A stretch of 63,959 nucleotides of DNA, the filler included, from Licmophora abbreviata (lineage: Eukaryota), in NCBI GenBank assembly GCA_900291995.1. It is 15 parts of 15 records of this genome, joined end to end, with 100 filler letters (N's around TTAATTAATTAA, not from the genome) between each part and the next. Parts side by side here need not be neighbours in the genome. Positions count along the whole stretch, not along the records: positions 13,495 to 28,950 come from OLMU01001333.1; positions 29,051 to 30,428 come from OLMU01001334.1; positions 30,529 to 33,186 come from OLMU01001335.1; positions 33,287 to 35,106 come from OLMU01001336.1; positions 35,207 to 36,457 come from OLMU01001337.1; 10 more parts are not named here. The stretch is one strand, 5' to 3'. Shown in pieces: positions 24,166 to 36,363 of the stretch; within the stretch, counting starts at the first letter, position 1, and every line of letters begins with the position of its first letter. The position numbers and the translations under genes were made by a program. The notes under the pieces were generated by a model. It was given only the letters and a program-made list of their open reading frames with translations, ran no database searches and was not told the origin of the DNA.

Positions 24166-25761
24166 TCACGCCAGAGGAGGCAAGGCAATCCCGCCAGTCT
24201 CCGTGACGATCTCATTCTGTGTAGCACAATCCTCATCATTGGGATTTCGCACAGCATCCAGTGCCACTTCGTAACTTCCCATGCACGCGAGAAAGGTGAA
24301 CCCAGCGAGAAAGAAGATATTCAGAGATGCCAGCCCAAGAGCCATGTCGAATCCAGCTTCATTTAGAAAGGTGAATACCAGAGGCGGAAGCCACGACAAT
24401 ATCTGCCCTGCTAGCAGAAACATGCCCATGAGCTCGCTTTCTTCTTTTCCTTTTGGCATGATATTGATGAAAATAGAAGCATGCATAGGATGAAGCCACC
24501 CGAGCTCAAGTCCCCAGAAGAGTCCGAACACGTATGTCAGGTTCTTAGCCTCGGGTCCCGTCAACACGACTGCTGCCACAGAGGTTGTAGCGACAAAGCC
24601 CGCGACGCAAACCTTGGCGCTGGCGATTGGATCGTACAGGAGTGCAAATTTCTCCCCAACTTTGCTCCCTGGAATGCCCATGAGGAGCACTAGTAGGAAG
24701 ACGCCGCCGATCTCCACAGCTTCCATGTTGAGAAATTGACTAGAGTACAGACAGAGAAAAAAAGACAATCCCAAGATTGTTGTTAGGGTCACTTTCTACA
24801 CTTTTCATGCTTCCGTGACAAGTTCGTCTTACCTCATGAAAGTAGTCGCAATCGTCACGAGTGCCCCCGCCCCGGCTTCTGTGCACATGACGGACAGTGC
24901 AAAGAATCGAAGCGCTGGGAGCTCCTCGTGGATACGCCGCATCGTTTGAAAGACCTTTCGAAAGCCGCACGTGACGAGCATCGATCCTGGTGGAACTTCA
25001 CTGAGAGCGGGTCGATCGCGAAAGAAATACCTCCATGCCACTCCAAAGCAAATGCTAGCCGTCGCAAACGTGATGACCTGGGAAATGCGTGCTGTTCCGA
25101 CGTCGTCCGTGTTGAATGCGTACGCCAACGCCAACACTTCAAATAGAAACAAGAGCGTTGAAACGTAGAGAACAACAAAGTAGTAGGTATTGTACTTCGT
25201 CTGCTGGTCTGGATCACGTGTGAGCTCTGAGGAATAAGCCCAACACGAACAGGCATGCACCCAGTAGATGGCGCCAGATACGACCTGTAATATAGCGACC
25301 GCAAACCATGTCTTGGACGACACCATGACCTCGATTCCCTTGATGACAGTCACACCCACAGCCGAATAGATACCCACTTGTTTCCGATAGGGAGTCTTGT
25401 CGACGATGGCCCCAAACAAGGGCAGCACGAGAGATCCCAGTAGACCCGCGGCGATGGCAATGTTGGTCAACAAGGAGGACGGTTTCATATGATACACTCG
25501 TCCACACGACTCGTCCTCGTCACTCTCGTCATCTTCACACTCCGCCGCTTCACTGGCAAGCTTCAGTAGTGCGGGGCCAATGAAAAGTCCACTCATAATG
25601 ATGGCAGCACGTCCGTACATGTCCAAGGCCAAGCCTGTGGCCTCTGGAGGTCCGTGATCGAAACGAAAGAGCCATGGGACACGACGATAAACCAATGGAC
25701 GAGGTATATCTGAAGTAGCATCGTTCTGCAATGGAGCTTCACTCGATACGGGCTCGATCAT
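24166..25761 (-). CDS. MFS transporter, Atg22/UMF1-like; intron 24740..24832
   Basis: About 12 hydrophobic segments, LPLFGAIVD..YRK motif and P.GKESELMG. Splicing restores the frame. Confidence 0.8.
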
Positions 25762-26012
25762 CGTGCTAGGGAGCTCGAGGACAAGATACTGGCTGTTGCT
25801 GCGAGGACGACCAAGCCAGCGGCCATGGTCGTATCGCCGATTGTGTCGAACTTTTGATGTTTTGCGAGAGTGTGTGACGTCTTTCTTTTCTGCGAGCTAT
25901 GCTTTATGTTTTCGACTCGAGTAACTCGCCTAAAATGTAGCATGGCGGGGTGCACCATGGTGCCACTTTTCTGATGTGAGACCCCGCCGTTTCTGTTCTG
26001 AAGCTTTCATTC

Positions 26013-27203
26013 ATGTTAACCTTCTCGTTGGCTCATCATAGCTTGCTTCTCACAGCAACTACTACAACGCTGTGGAGCTTTTCTCGTGCCATGTCGTCTT
26101 CTAAGAATGTTGCAGCCGTTGCCCAGCTGTGCTCGACCAGCAACAAGCGATCCAATCTGATTGCCGTTGCGCACTGTGCATATCTTGCGACACAACAAGA
26201 CGCGTCCATGCTTTTTCTCCCCGAATGTTTTGGGTACCTGGGGACGAGTTCCCAAGAAACTGTGCAACAGGCGGAACCTGCGATGGGAGAGACTGTCGCT
26301 CCGAACGATGCAAGAATTTCCAAGCTCCTCGCTTCCGTCGTCCAGCATGGCATGTATGACACGGATGGCACGCAAAAGCAGACCAATCCGGAGGAATCGT
26401 TAACGCCAATATCTTTGCTACATGGCCTTCAGGTCATTGCCCAGACCAGTGGGCTCTGGATTTCTGGCGGGGGCATGCACGAATCGGGCGCTCCCAATGG
26501 ACGGATTTACAATACACATGTTATATTGGACAACACGGGAACGATTCAATCCCATTACCACAAATCGCACCTATTTGATGTCTCCATTCCTCAGCACAAG
26601 GTTCACTTGCAAGAAAGTGCGACTACAGCGGCGGGGGAGCGACTAGTAGTCTGCGACTCACCGTTGGGACGTTTGGGTCTATCGACTTGCTATGACGTAC
26701 GATTTCCCGAGGTCTATGCCGAACTGGTAGAGCGGGGAGGAGCCCAGATTCTCCTGGTGCCATCTGCCTTTACAGTGCCTACGGGAAAGGCACACTGGCA
26801 CGTCCTGCTACGAGGTAGGCTATGCGCTACATTAGTCATATCATCATGGTGGATGGCGCCGACACTTCGTTCAACCCTAACACGATCGCTCACTGCCATC
26901 ACATACTTCTCTACTCCCTATTCTTATCTAGCCCGCGCCATTGAAACTCAGTGCTACGTCCTAGCAGCCGCACAGTGTGGTCGTCATAATTCAAAGCGTG
27001 AAAGCTACGGTCATAGCCTGGCTGTGGATCCGTGGGGAACCGTGGTGGCGGACGCGACTAACACCGCTGCCCCAAGTATTGTCTCGTGTACCATTGATTT
27101 GGGAAACGTCGATTCGATTCGGGAGCGCATGCCGATTCAGCGTCATCGCCAGGCGGCGGGAACGCTATCTGTGCAAGCGCATAATGGAAAAGAGGCTTTG
27201 TGA
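26013..27203 (+). CDS. NIT1: Nitrilase-family Nit1 (deaminated glutathione amidase); probable intron about 26814-26931
   Basis: FLPEC, YHKSHLFDV, CYDVRFPE, PSAFTVPTGKAHW and RAIETQCYV. Confidence 0.9.
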   Translation: MLTFSLAHHSLLLTATTTTLWSFSRAMSSSKNVAAVAQLCSTSNKRSNLIAVAHCAYLATQQDASMLFLPECFGYLGTSSQETVQQAEPAMGETVAPNDARISKLLASVVQHGMYDTDGTQKQTNPEESLTPISLLHGLQVIAQTSGLWISGGGMHESGAPNGRIYNTHVILDNTGTIQSHYHKSHLFDVSIPQHKVHLQESATTAAGERLVVCDSPLGRLGLSTCYDVRFPEVYAELVERGGAQILLVPSAFTVPTGKAHWHVLLRGRLCATLVISSWWMAPTLRSTLTRSLTAITYFSTPYSYLARAIETQCYVLAAAQCGRHNSKRESYGHSLAVDPWGTVVADATNTAAPSIVSCTIDLGNVDSIRERMPIQRHRQAAGTLSVQAHNGKEAL

Positions 27204-27282
27204 TCAATGTCTGAATGAAAAGAAGGTTACAGTACTTGTATCTACTTATGCATGCACATGTTGTGGGCGTTATGCTGAAGTC

Positions 27283-28950
27283 TCAGGTCTGCGCCTCAAG
27301 TTGATTGTATTGAAGATCGAGACATACACCTCCAAATGGCAGTCCATCCGTTCTTGTAATGTCAAATACTACGCCTTCATCCCGGTAAGCATGGTACATG
27401 TGCCTGTTGTCCGGACTTAGGGCCAGCCCAGCAGTCTGACCCTTGAGTCCTGTCCCCGCAAGGATACTAAAAACGTTGCCGTCCGCATCGCGACCACGTA
27501 CACCGACATTTTCGCCAGCACCTTCCTCAGCAAAATATAAAATATCCTCTTCGAGGCCTCCCCCAAGAGCTCGCTTGACCTGATTAGGCTGTCCTTCAAA
27601 AAGCCCCGAATCCACCGAATACCGTTCGTATGTCATATTCGCTAGATCAAGGATCATCAAAATCCTGGGAGACTTGGCAGTCATATATAGGATACCGTTT
27701 CGAATATCAACACCCATCGAGTATGGATAATGCGTTCTTGCATCATTACCAGCTGCTGACTGATTATCACTGCCGGTCCATGTGAACGTTCCCCGGCTGG
27801 GATCCTCCAGATCGGGGTTTAAGAGAAGGAATTCAATCTTGCTGTCTCCCGTGGTGTGCAGCAACTCGCTGTAATTTCCGCTCTCATTGGCCACGGCGAC
27901 AGCATCATCGTCGGGACTGAACCTGCGCAGAGCTCCCCACAAGTTGTCTTCTGTGACATAAAAGGTTGGATTCTCTGGGTAGGTACGATCGTAGGCGAAC
28001 GATGAGAAAACACCTCCATCCTGCCCCCCGAGTAGGGTCTTTCGTGCACTGGCTTCTCCAAATGGATCAGTTTCCCACACCTGCCCGCCCGCGATTCCTT
28101 CGCAACTTATCCACCTGACGAACGAAACGAAATGAAGAAATGAGATACGAGGCTTCGCCTATGGATCGCGAGGTGGAGGGAGAAAACTTTGTGTCGACTC
28201 ACGTGTTCCACCATGTTTTGCCCCCGCCACTGTTGGCTCGTGTGGCATCTGTAATCATTCCGTAGTTCTCGACTTGACCGCTGCTATCAAAATGAATAAC
28301 ACCGACGCCTCCAGGACTTTCTTGAGAATTGCTCACATAAACCCAGCCCCCGTCTTCTTTGTTGAACGTGGCTCCACCGTCTGGCCGTCCATGAAAATTG
28401 ACTGTGAAGGCGTTGTTGTTGGTATGGCTGACAGGAAGACCCGATCTGGCGATGATTTTGGCCGAAAGCCCAGCGGAGAGAAGTAAGCCTTCTTGCGTTA
28501 CAACGGTCAGATTTCCTGGAAAGTACGCCACGTCGGCGCTCTCCACAGCCTGGTAGCAGTAGTTTGTGCCAGCGACATCCCCGATCATGCCACGAATGCA
28601 TCCTGGGACAGAGGCTGACCCCTCGCGATCGAAGCAAGAAAGTATACCGTCGCAGTCTTCGTCGACGGTGCAAGGTCCTTCGCAGACATTGCAGGGGCTG
28701 GCATCGCTACACGATTCCACAATAGAAAGGGAAATGGCTTGCTCCTCTGAGTAAAATCGGGTGGGGTCATAGGAAGGAATCGCAGAAGGAGAATTCGAAG
28801 GCTCTGTTGAAGGTACGCTCGAAGAGGTTCCAATCATGGAGGGACGGGCTGATTTCACATCCAGACTCGCGGGAGCAGCGGCGATCTCGATCCCCGAAAC
28901 TTTAGGGTTTTCGATCTCCTGCCCAAAGTGAATCGATATCTGACCGTCCA
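27283..28950 (-). CDS. Malectin-array gene E (5' end in gap): malectin, S/P linker, frustulin-type Cys domain, PhoX-fold domain with substituted ligands; intron 28115..28202
   Basis: ENPKVSGIEI malectin end at about 28880-28950. CNVCEGPCTVDEDC...CFDR...VPGC Cys domain. PhoX-like PDGGATF, GGWVYVSNS, GGGKTWWNTWISCE and FYVTED. Confidence 0.75.
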
Positions 28951-29294
28951 NNNNNNNNNNNNNNNNNNNNNNNNNNNNNNNNNNNNNNNNNNNNTTAATT
29001 AATTAANNNNNNNNNNNNNNNNNNNNNNNNNNNNNNNNNNNNNNNNNNNNACTCGAGTTTTGACTTGACTGACTCACTCTAGGACTGACTCGACTCGACT
29101 CACTCGCAATCTGAAGGTCACTCACACAATCACTTTGAATACACTGGCATGATACAGCACTGAGTACGGCACCAATCATATGTACATCAAACTAATGAAA
29201 AATAGGTTGGCTCCCACTGTTACCAGAATGCACCAACATCCAGGACCTACTCCAAAAAGGTCAACTATTAAAACATAACTTTAGAGGCAAGGGA

Positions 29295-32200
29295 TTATGC
29301 ACCAAATCCGAGGATGTATCGATATCCCCCAACGAAAGTGTATGACTCGTTCACTCCAGCCGAGATTGTCACGTTAGATGTTCCGTTACCTGGGGGGAGC
29401 GTGCACACAAGCTTGGAATATGTAACACTACCCACAATAGGACAAAGTACTCCGCCGACTGTCACAGTCGGTGGTCCAAAGGTATCGAAGTTCTCTCCGT
29501 ATATGGACAACTCGTTCCCCCCTAAGTAGCCCCCGCGTCGAGGAAAGACGCTTTTGATTTTCATGAATAGCCACGAAAGCTCGTCAGGCTCGTAGGCGAG
29601 CACCTTGTTCTTGAAATTTTGGGCAACATAAAGGGTTCCATCTGGACCCTGCGTCACGTCCAATCCGCCATCGCTCACAAGCTCTGCAATATTGTTCACA
29701 GTTGCTCTCCCATCACTGGACAGCGTGGCGTCATACAGCGCACCTTGGTATCGTCCAAGAATGAGGTGTCCACGAAGTTGACTGGCAAAATGGTCTCCCT
29801 GGAACTCGACAATTCCCGTGACAGCCCTCTCCAATGTCGCCACATAGTTATCGACATTGTACCAGTCAAATGTGCACTGCCTGGGGTCGCCATTGATGGC
29901 GCGAATCAAATTGGGCGATCCATAGTAGGTGTCTTTCTCAATCAATAGTAGCCTATCGTCGGTATCGGGGTTATTGCCGGAGTCGGAACAGTTCACCAAA
30001 GCGTTTCCATACTCGTTGTTGGGACCGTTGTCTGTACCATAAAGGTGGCCGTTTGAATGAAGCACGATGTCGTATGGGTTTCGCATCCCTGGCGCGAATA
30101 TCTGCACATCAAACCCTGAGACTGGTATTCCATTGCTGTACGTGATATCTCCATCAAAGTTCGGGCTGGTGATGTTGTATGCTACGACCGTTGCTGCAGA
30201 AAAATAATTCTCATCTTGTAAACCAGATTGAGAGACATAGCCTGGAACGCCAGCGTTTGTGTTCCCTCCAATCTGGAGGTACAGTTCCCCGTTGTCGCCG
30301 AACTCTAGTCCATTGACAGCGTGGTCATGATCTGACACAGGAAGACCCGTCACGATGTCCTCCATTACCGTCAGATTGCTTCCGCTCAGTGTACTAATTT
30401 TTGCGTTGTAACTTTGAAGCTGTCCGTGNNNNNNNNNNNNNNNNNNNNNNNNNNNNNNNNNNNNNNNNNNNNTTAATTAATTAANNNNNNNNNNNNNNNN
30501 NNNNNNNNNNNNNNNNNNNNNNNNNNNNAAAGAGATAGCTGTGAGCAACGTAGAGTTTCGGATTCGGTGATGTGTCTAGAGGATCGAAGGCAAGACCAAG
30601 AATAGTCCTTGTTCGATTCATTTCTTCTTCTGATTTGGCGATAACGTCTGACATTATTATGTCGGCTTCAAGCACTTGCTGGTTGTCGTCGAATGTGATC
30701 TTGTAGACATTTCCGGCAACATTCGCTACATACAGCTTCTGATCTGGACCGAAAGTTAGCACACTGGGGCCATAGACGAACGGCATAATGGTATACTTTT
30801 GAAATGCAACGGGCGGGAGCAAATAGTTGACGTACTTGAACGCGACTGCATTGCTTGTGCCCACCGGAGTTTGGATCGACACGTCCACTTCTCCAAGGAA
30901 GTTGCTTGGGAATGAAATGATCTTGAGGTGCGTGGCGTTGATGATTTCGATTTGTGACGGACCGGTTAGATTGTACTGACCAAATCGAACGATAGTTTCA
31001 GTTTCGTTGACGGTGAAGCCTGCGCCTTCAATCACAACTGAATCTCCTCCTGAAACGTCACCGTCGGGTGGTATCAGATAAGCAATAGCTGGGAACCCGA
31101 AAGGCCGCACCGTCACTGTAGTAAAATCCTGATGCACGTCACCGTCCGTGTCTTCCACTTCCAATATGAGGGTATGATTTCCTACTCCGAACGGTATGTT
31201 TGCGACAAGGCCCTGAGCCCTTTCCAGGCCATTCACAATCCATCGCGCGCTCCGAAGGGTAGCCCCTGGACCATGGGTGTGCGAGAACGTTCCGTCGACA
31301 AAGATGGTTTCAAAGCCGTCGTTGTCCGTATCGGTATCCAAATAAGGCCCGCCTGGAACAGCATGAGCGTAATGACCAACGATTGCAATCTGAATACCAG
31401 AGATCTTAGGGTTTTCAATAACAGCTTGGAAACCAATTGTAAGACTTTCGTCAATCACCCGAACCGAAATTATCTTTTCCATTGCGGTGTAGGCACCACC
31501 AGCTTCGGCAAAGATGTCCAAATTGACCAACTCTACCGCTTCCTCGCAAGTAACATTGAAAACACGTTTTCCGATGTCGTCGATTCGGAAGAAGATTTCT
31601 GCAAAATGAAGCGTAACCTCGTAGTCGCCGTTTGGGACGGGAATTTCAAAGCTAAGATCAGAGCCCCACCTTTCGGACTGATAAATTAGTGGGTCGCTCG
31701 TTGAGGCTATTTCGTTGTTTGTTGAGCCTTGGCCACCATTGATATTGTAGCCATCTGCCTCCCATGTTGTTCCCGTTTTATCGATGAAGGATGGTCCGCC
31801 GACGTTGATGTGGTACGGCGAGAAAGGGATGTCCGCGGAAGGAGCTTGGGAGGGTTGTACGGACGGGGACAGAGAAGGCGCTACTGATGTAGACGGCCCA
31901 CTAGTAGGAGCCATCGACGGTTCCAGCGAAGGCGACATGGACAAGGATGGGGCAGGTGATCCCATGGAGATCGGAGGGCTTGAGGCAAGTAGCGCCGGCA
32001 AGATCTGAATCGCCGAAAGCTTTGGATTCTCAGTCACTTTCTCAAAGGACACTGTGAGTCGGCTGTCCGAAACAGTCACCGTTTGGGTTACATTCCAGGC
32101 AGCGTATCCTCCCACTTCTTCGAAGATGTCAATATTGTCAATACGAGCCAGTCCCTCCTCGAGTAAAACGTTGAACACCCGAGCTCCGATGAACTGCGTA

Positions 32201-35200
32201 CCAAAGTAGATCTCGGCGAAAAGCAAGGAGACCTCATAGTCGCCATTGGTGATTGGAAAATCAAAGGAGAGACCATCTCCATAACGCTCTGTCTGAAACA
32301 AATGGTCATCGTCCGTCCCAGAGATGGGTTGAAGAACGGAATCGAGGCCACCCTCTTGGTTGGAGTAGCCGTCTGCCTCCCAATAGTTCCCCGCCAGATC
32401 AATATGCGCGCCACCACCAACGTTCACCCGATATGAGTTTGGTGCCTGAGTAGGAGCTTGGGAAGGAGCCAAGGAAACAGAAGGACCGAGGGAGCCACCC
32501 GATTGCCCCGTTGGGACACCCACCGCTGTAATCTCGATACCAGACACTTTGGGATTTTCCTCTTCCTTGCCAAAAATGATTGACACGAAATTGTTGGTAA
32601 CTATTGCGCTTGTCGCTATCACGTACGGCGCGTAGCCTTTGACTTCCTTGTAGATGTCAACGTCATCAAAAACTAGCTCATCCTGAATTGATATATTAAA
32701 GACGCGATTTCCGCTTCCCTGGGCCCCTGAAAAAATCTCAGCAAAGTGAAGTCTAATGAGGTAGTTGCCGTTGGGGACAGGGATGGAGCATTGTAGATCG
32801 GGATCCCAGCGGTCAGATTGGTACAGTGGATAATCAATAGTGTTGATATTCTTGATGATGTTGGATGTTGTGTCAGTAGAGCTCTCGGGGTTGAAGAACT
32901 GGTCACCAGCCCAGCTATTGCCATTAGAATCCAAAAAAGCAGATCCGCCCGCGTTGATACGGATCGGGTTGAACGGGGGCGTCGTCTCGTCTGTCTCAAT
33001 CGACGGTGCAACAGACCCACTAGACTGTACACTTGGGACCAGGGAGGGAAACTCCGATAAAGAAGGAACAACACTCGGAAGGCTTGAGGGGGGCGCTCCA
33101 GTGAGTGTCGAGGGGGAAGCAGACGAACTTGGCTTTGTGCTGGGTATGCTCGATTCTACCTTTGTCGGAACATGAGAAGGAAAAAGNNNNNNNNNNNNNN
33201 NNNNNNNNNNNNNNNNNNNNNNNNNNNNNNTTAATTAATTAANNNNNNNNNNNNNNNNNNNNNNNNNNNNNNNNNNNNNNNNNNNNTGATGGTGAAAGCG
33301 ACGGATCACTTGACGGCAGCACAGACGCGGAAGGCTCGATCGTAGTCTTGGGAGGCGTCGTGGGAGTCGTGGACGGAGAGTTTGACCGTGATGGACCTTG
33401 AGTCGAACCCGAGGGCAGAGTAGCGATAGCATGAACTTCTATGGCACTGATCTTCGGGTTGTCCTTGCCTTCGATGTGAAAAAACTCAATTGACACCTCT
33501 CCGTTCTCTACTGTCGTGTTAAACTCCTTTATCAAGGCAGTATTCGGTGAGAATACTTCAGAAACAATGTCAAAGCTCTCCAACACCAGGGTACCATCGA
33601 TTGACACACTAAAGACGCGAAAGCCAGCCGTAGACGCATAGATCTCAGCGAAGTGCAACTTGACCTGGTAGTCCCCGTTTGGGACCGGGACTCGATACTC
33701 CATTCGTGGCGCGTCTGAATCATCCCACCTCTCGGACTGGTATATCACGGAGTCGTCGGTCCCTGTAATGTCAGCCACCGTCGATTCGACATTTCCTGTG
33801 TTGTAGTAGTCGAGAAACTCGTCCGAGACCCACACGACACCATTAGCGTCCGTGTAGTTGGCTCCACCGGCATTGATGTAGATCGACTCAACCGGACTAG
33901 AAGAAGATGGACTTGCAGATTCCGATGGCACCGTCGATGGTGCAGCTGATTTGGACGGGCCTGGCGTTGAAGGTTGAGGGGTAGAATGCAGAGCAAGAGC
34001 GTGAACCTCGATCGCACTGATCTTAGGGTTGTCCTTCCCGTCGTTATGCAAGAACTCAATGGGAAGCTCCTTCTCGGTGACAGTCGTATTGAACTCCTTA
34101 ACAATCGCTGTGTTCCGAGCTACCTCCGAGAGAATGTCGAAATTCTCCAGAACCATTGCCGTGTCGATCATCACGTTGAACACACGAAAGTCTTCGTCGA
34201 AGGCGTAGATCTCGGCAAAGTGAAGCTTGACTACGTAGTCTCCGTTGGGGACAGGGATTCGATACACCAGAATCGGAACTCCATCGGGATCCCATCGGTC
34301 CGACTGATACAAGACGTCGTCTGTCGTGTCCGTGATCTCTTTCTTGGTGGAGTCGGTGAGGCCAACACTGTTGTGGTAGTTGTAGTCCTCATCCGAGACC
34401 CAGACGTTGCCATCACCGTCGGTGTAGTTGGCTCCACCTGCATTAATGTAGACGGAATCAAACGAGACGGGCGTATCACTTGATGGGGCGGCCGACGGTT
34501 CAGCAGTCGGTATCGTGTCGTCTATCCGGTGAATCTCAATCGCGTTCACTTTCGGATTCTCGAGAAGATGGATGAACTTGATCAGCACTTCCTCTCGGGT
34601 CACTGTCGTGGTGAATTCCTTGACAAGGGCTGTATTGCGACCCACCTCAGCGAGAATATCAAAGTCCCTTAGCACTGTGAGACCTCCTATGACCACATTG
34701 AAGATGCGCTGACCAGGCTGTGTTGCGTATATCTCGGCAAAGTGTAACTTAACTCGGTACAAGCCGTTGGAAGCAGGAATGCGATATGTCAGTACTGGAC
34801 TATCGTCAAGGTCCCATCGATCCGTCTGGTAGAGCTCGTCATCTGTTGTACTGGTAATTGGGTCATCGGTGGAATCCGTGAATCCGGTATTGTAATATCC
34901 GTAATCTCTATCTGCAACCCAGAGATGGCCGCCTCCGTCAGTGTAGTTGTCACCGCCAACATTGATGAACACCGACTCAAACATGATAGCAGACGATGGA
35001 GCCACAAGCATGGATGGCGTAAAAGAAGGAAGTTCGGATACGGAAGGGATATTCGATGCCGAAGCGACATGAGATGGCTCGTCCGATGGTAATGCAGATG
35101 GAACGGNNNNNNNNNNNNNNNNNNNNNNNNNNNNNNNNNNNNNNNNNNNNTTAATTAATTAANNNNNNNNNNNNNNNNNNNNNNNNNNNNNNNNNNNNNN

Positions 35201-35922
35201 NNNNNNTAATATCCGTAATCTCTATCTGCAACCCAGAGATGGCCGCCTCCGTCAGTGTAGTTGTCACCACCAACATTGATGTATATGGGGTCGAATTCAG
35301 GTGTCATGATTGTTGCTGCCAATGATGGAGCACTGGATGGCTGGGTTGATAAGGATGGTGAAGAAGTAACCAGCTCCAGCAGCTCATGGATTTCAATTGC
35401 ATTGATCTTGGGATTTTGCTCGCGGCGGAGAAGTCGAATGAGCAACTCGCCACCAGTCACAGTTGTATTGAATTCCTTCACAAGAGCCGTTTCCCGGGGC
35501 ACCTCGAACAGAATGTCAAAATCTTCAAGCACCAAAACGTTTCCAATGCCGACACTGAAAATACGAAAGCCTATAGCAAAGCCATAAATCTCAGCGAAAT
35601 GCAGTTTGACTTGATATTCGCCGTTTACCACTGGTATGCGATACTCCATCTCCGGAGCATCCGGAGGATCCCACCGATCCGTCTGATAGAGAAGATCGTC
35701 GGTTGTCCCTCCTATGGGAGCGCCCGTGTTATCAAGAAGCCCTGCTCCATCATGATAGTCATAGACTGTGTCGGCCACCCAGAGATTCCCGACCCCGTCC
35801 GTATAGTTCTCCCCTCCAGCATTTATGTAGATTGACTTTCCGGCGACGAGAGCACTTCCAGGAACAACTGCGCTCAGAAACAGAACCATCACCGCGAGCG
35901 ATGGTAGGCTGAAGTCGGCCAT
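29295..35922 (-). CDS. Malectin-array gene A: signal peptide, at least 8 malectin domains, PKD-like, IPT/TIG, GSDH-like beta-propeller, IPT/TIG (spans 3 gaps)
   Basis: Repeated INxGG...W.AD...LYQ.[DE]RW...Y.V.LHFAEI...RVF...NPK[IV]..IE units separated by S/T/P linkers. HAVPGGPY PKD-like segment; GMRNPYD and DNGPN propeller motifs. Joining across the gaps is inferred from domain continuity. Confidence 0.78.
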
Positions 35923-36363
35923 CCTAAAACGCTCGGTAAGGCTAAGATGTGTTCTTGAGTCTGTTCTGAGAATTCGATGACATCCTCCAACTGTGATGTT
36001 GTTGAACAAGCCCCTCGATGACTCGAAATCCGCACACACGATGACTTCAAAAGAAATATGATAATGACCGCCTGTGATCGATGAAAATCAAGAGTTTCAG
36101 GCCACTGAATGTAATCTTCAGGTATAAATACAATTTAATTCTGTCTCTTTGAGCTTGCATCGGAGTTGCGTCTACATGAATGAGTATGAAACAACTCATA
36201 ATCAGAAACAAATGCGTTGGGTGAGAATGATAATCGCTCACCTTGAGGCTGAGAAAGCCGGTAGAAAAGTCATATTGAATATTATGAAGGCGTCGGCTGA
36301 GATGTAAGATTGTAAGAGTCCTAGAAGTAAGCTGAAGTCATCACGTACTATAAGTTGATGCCA

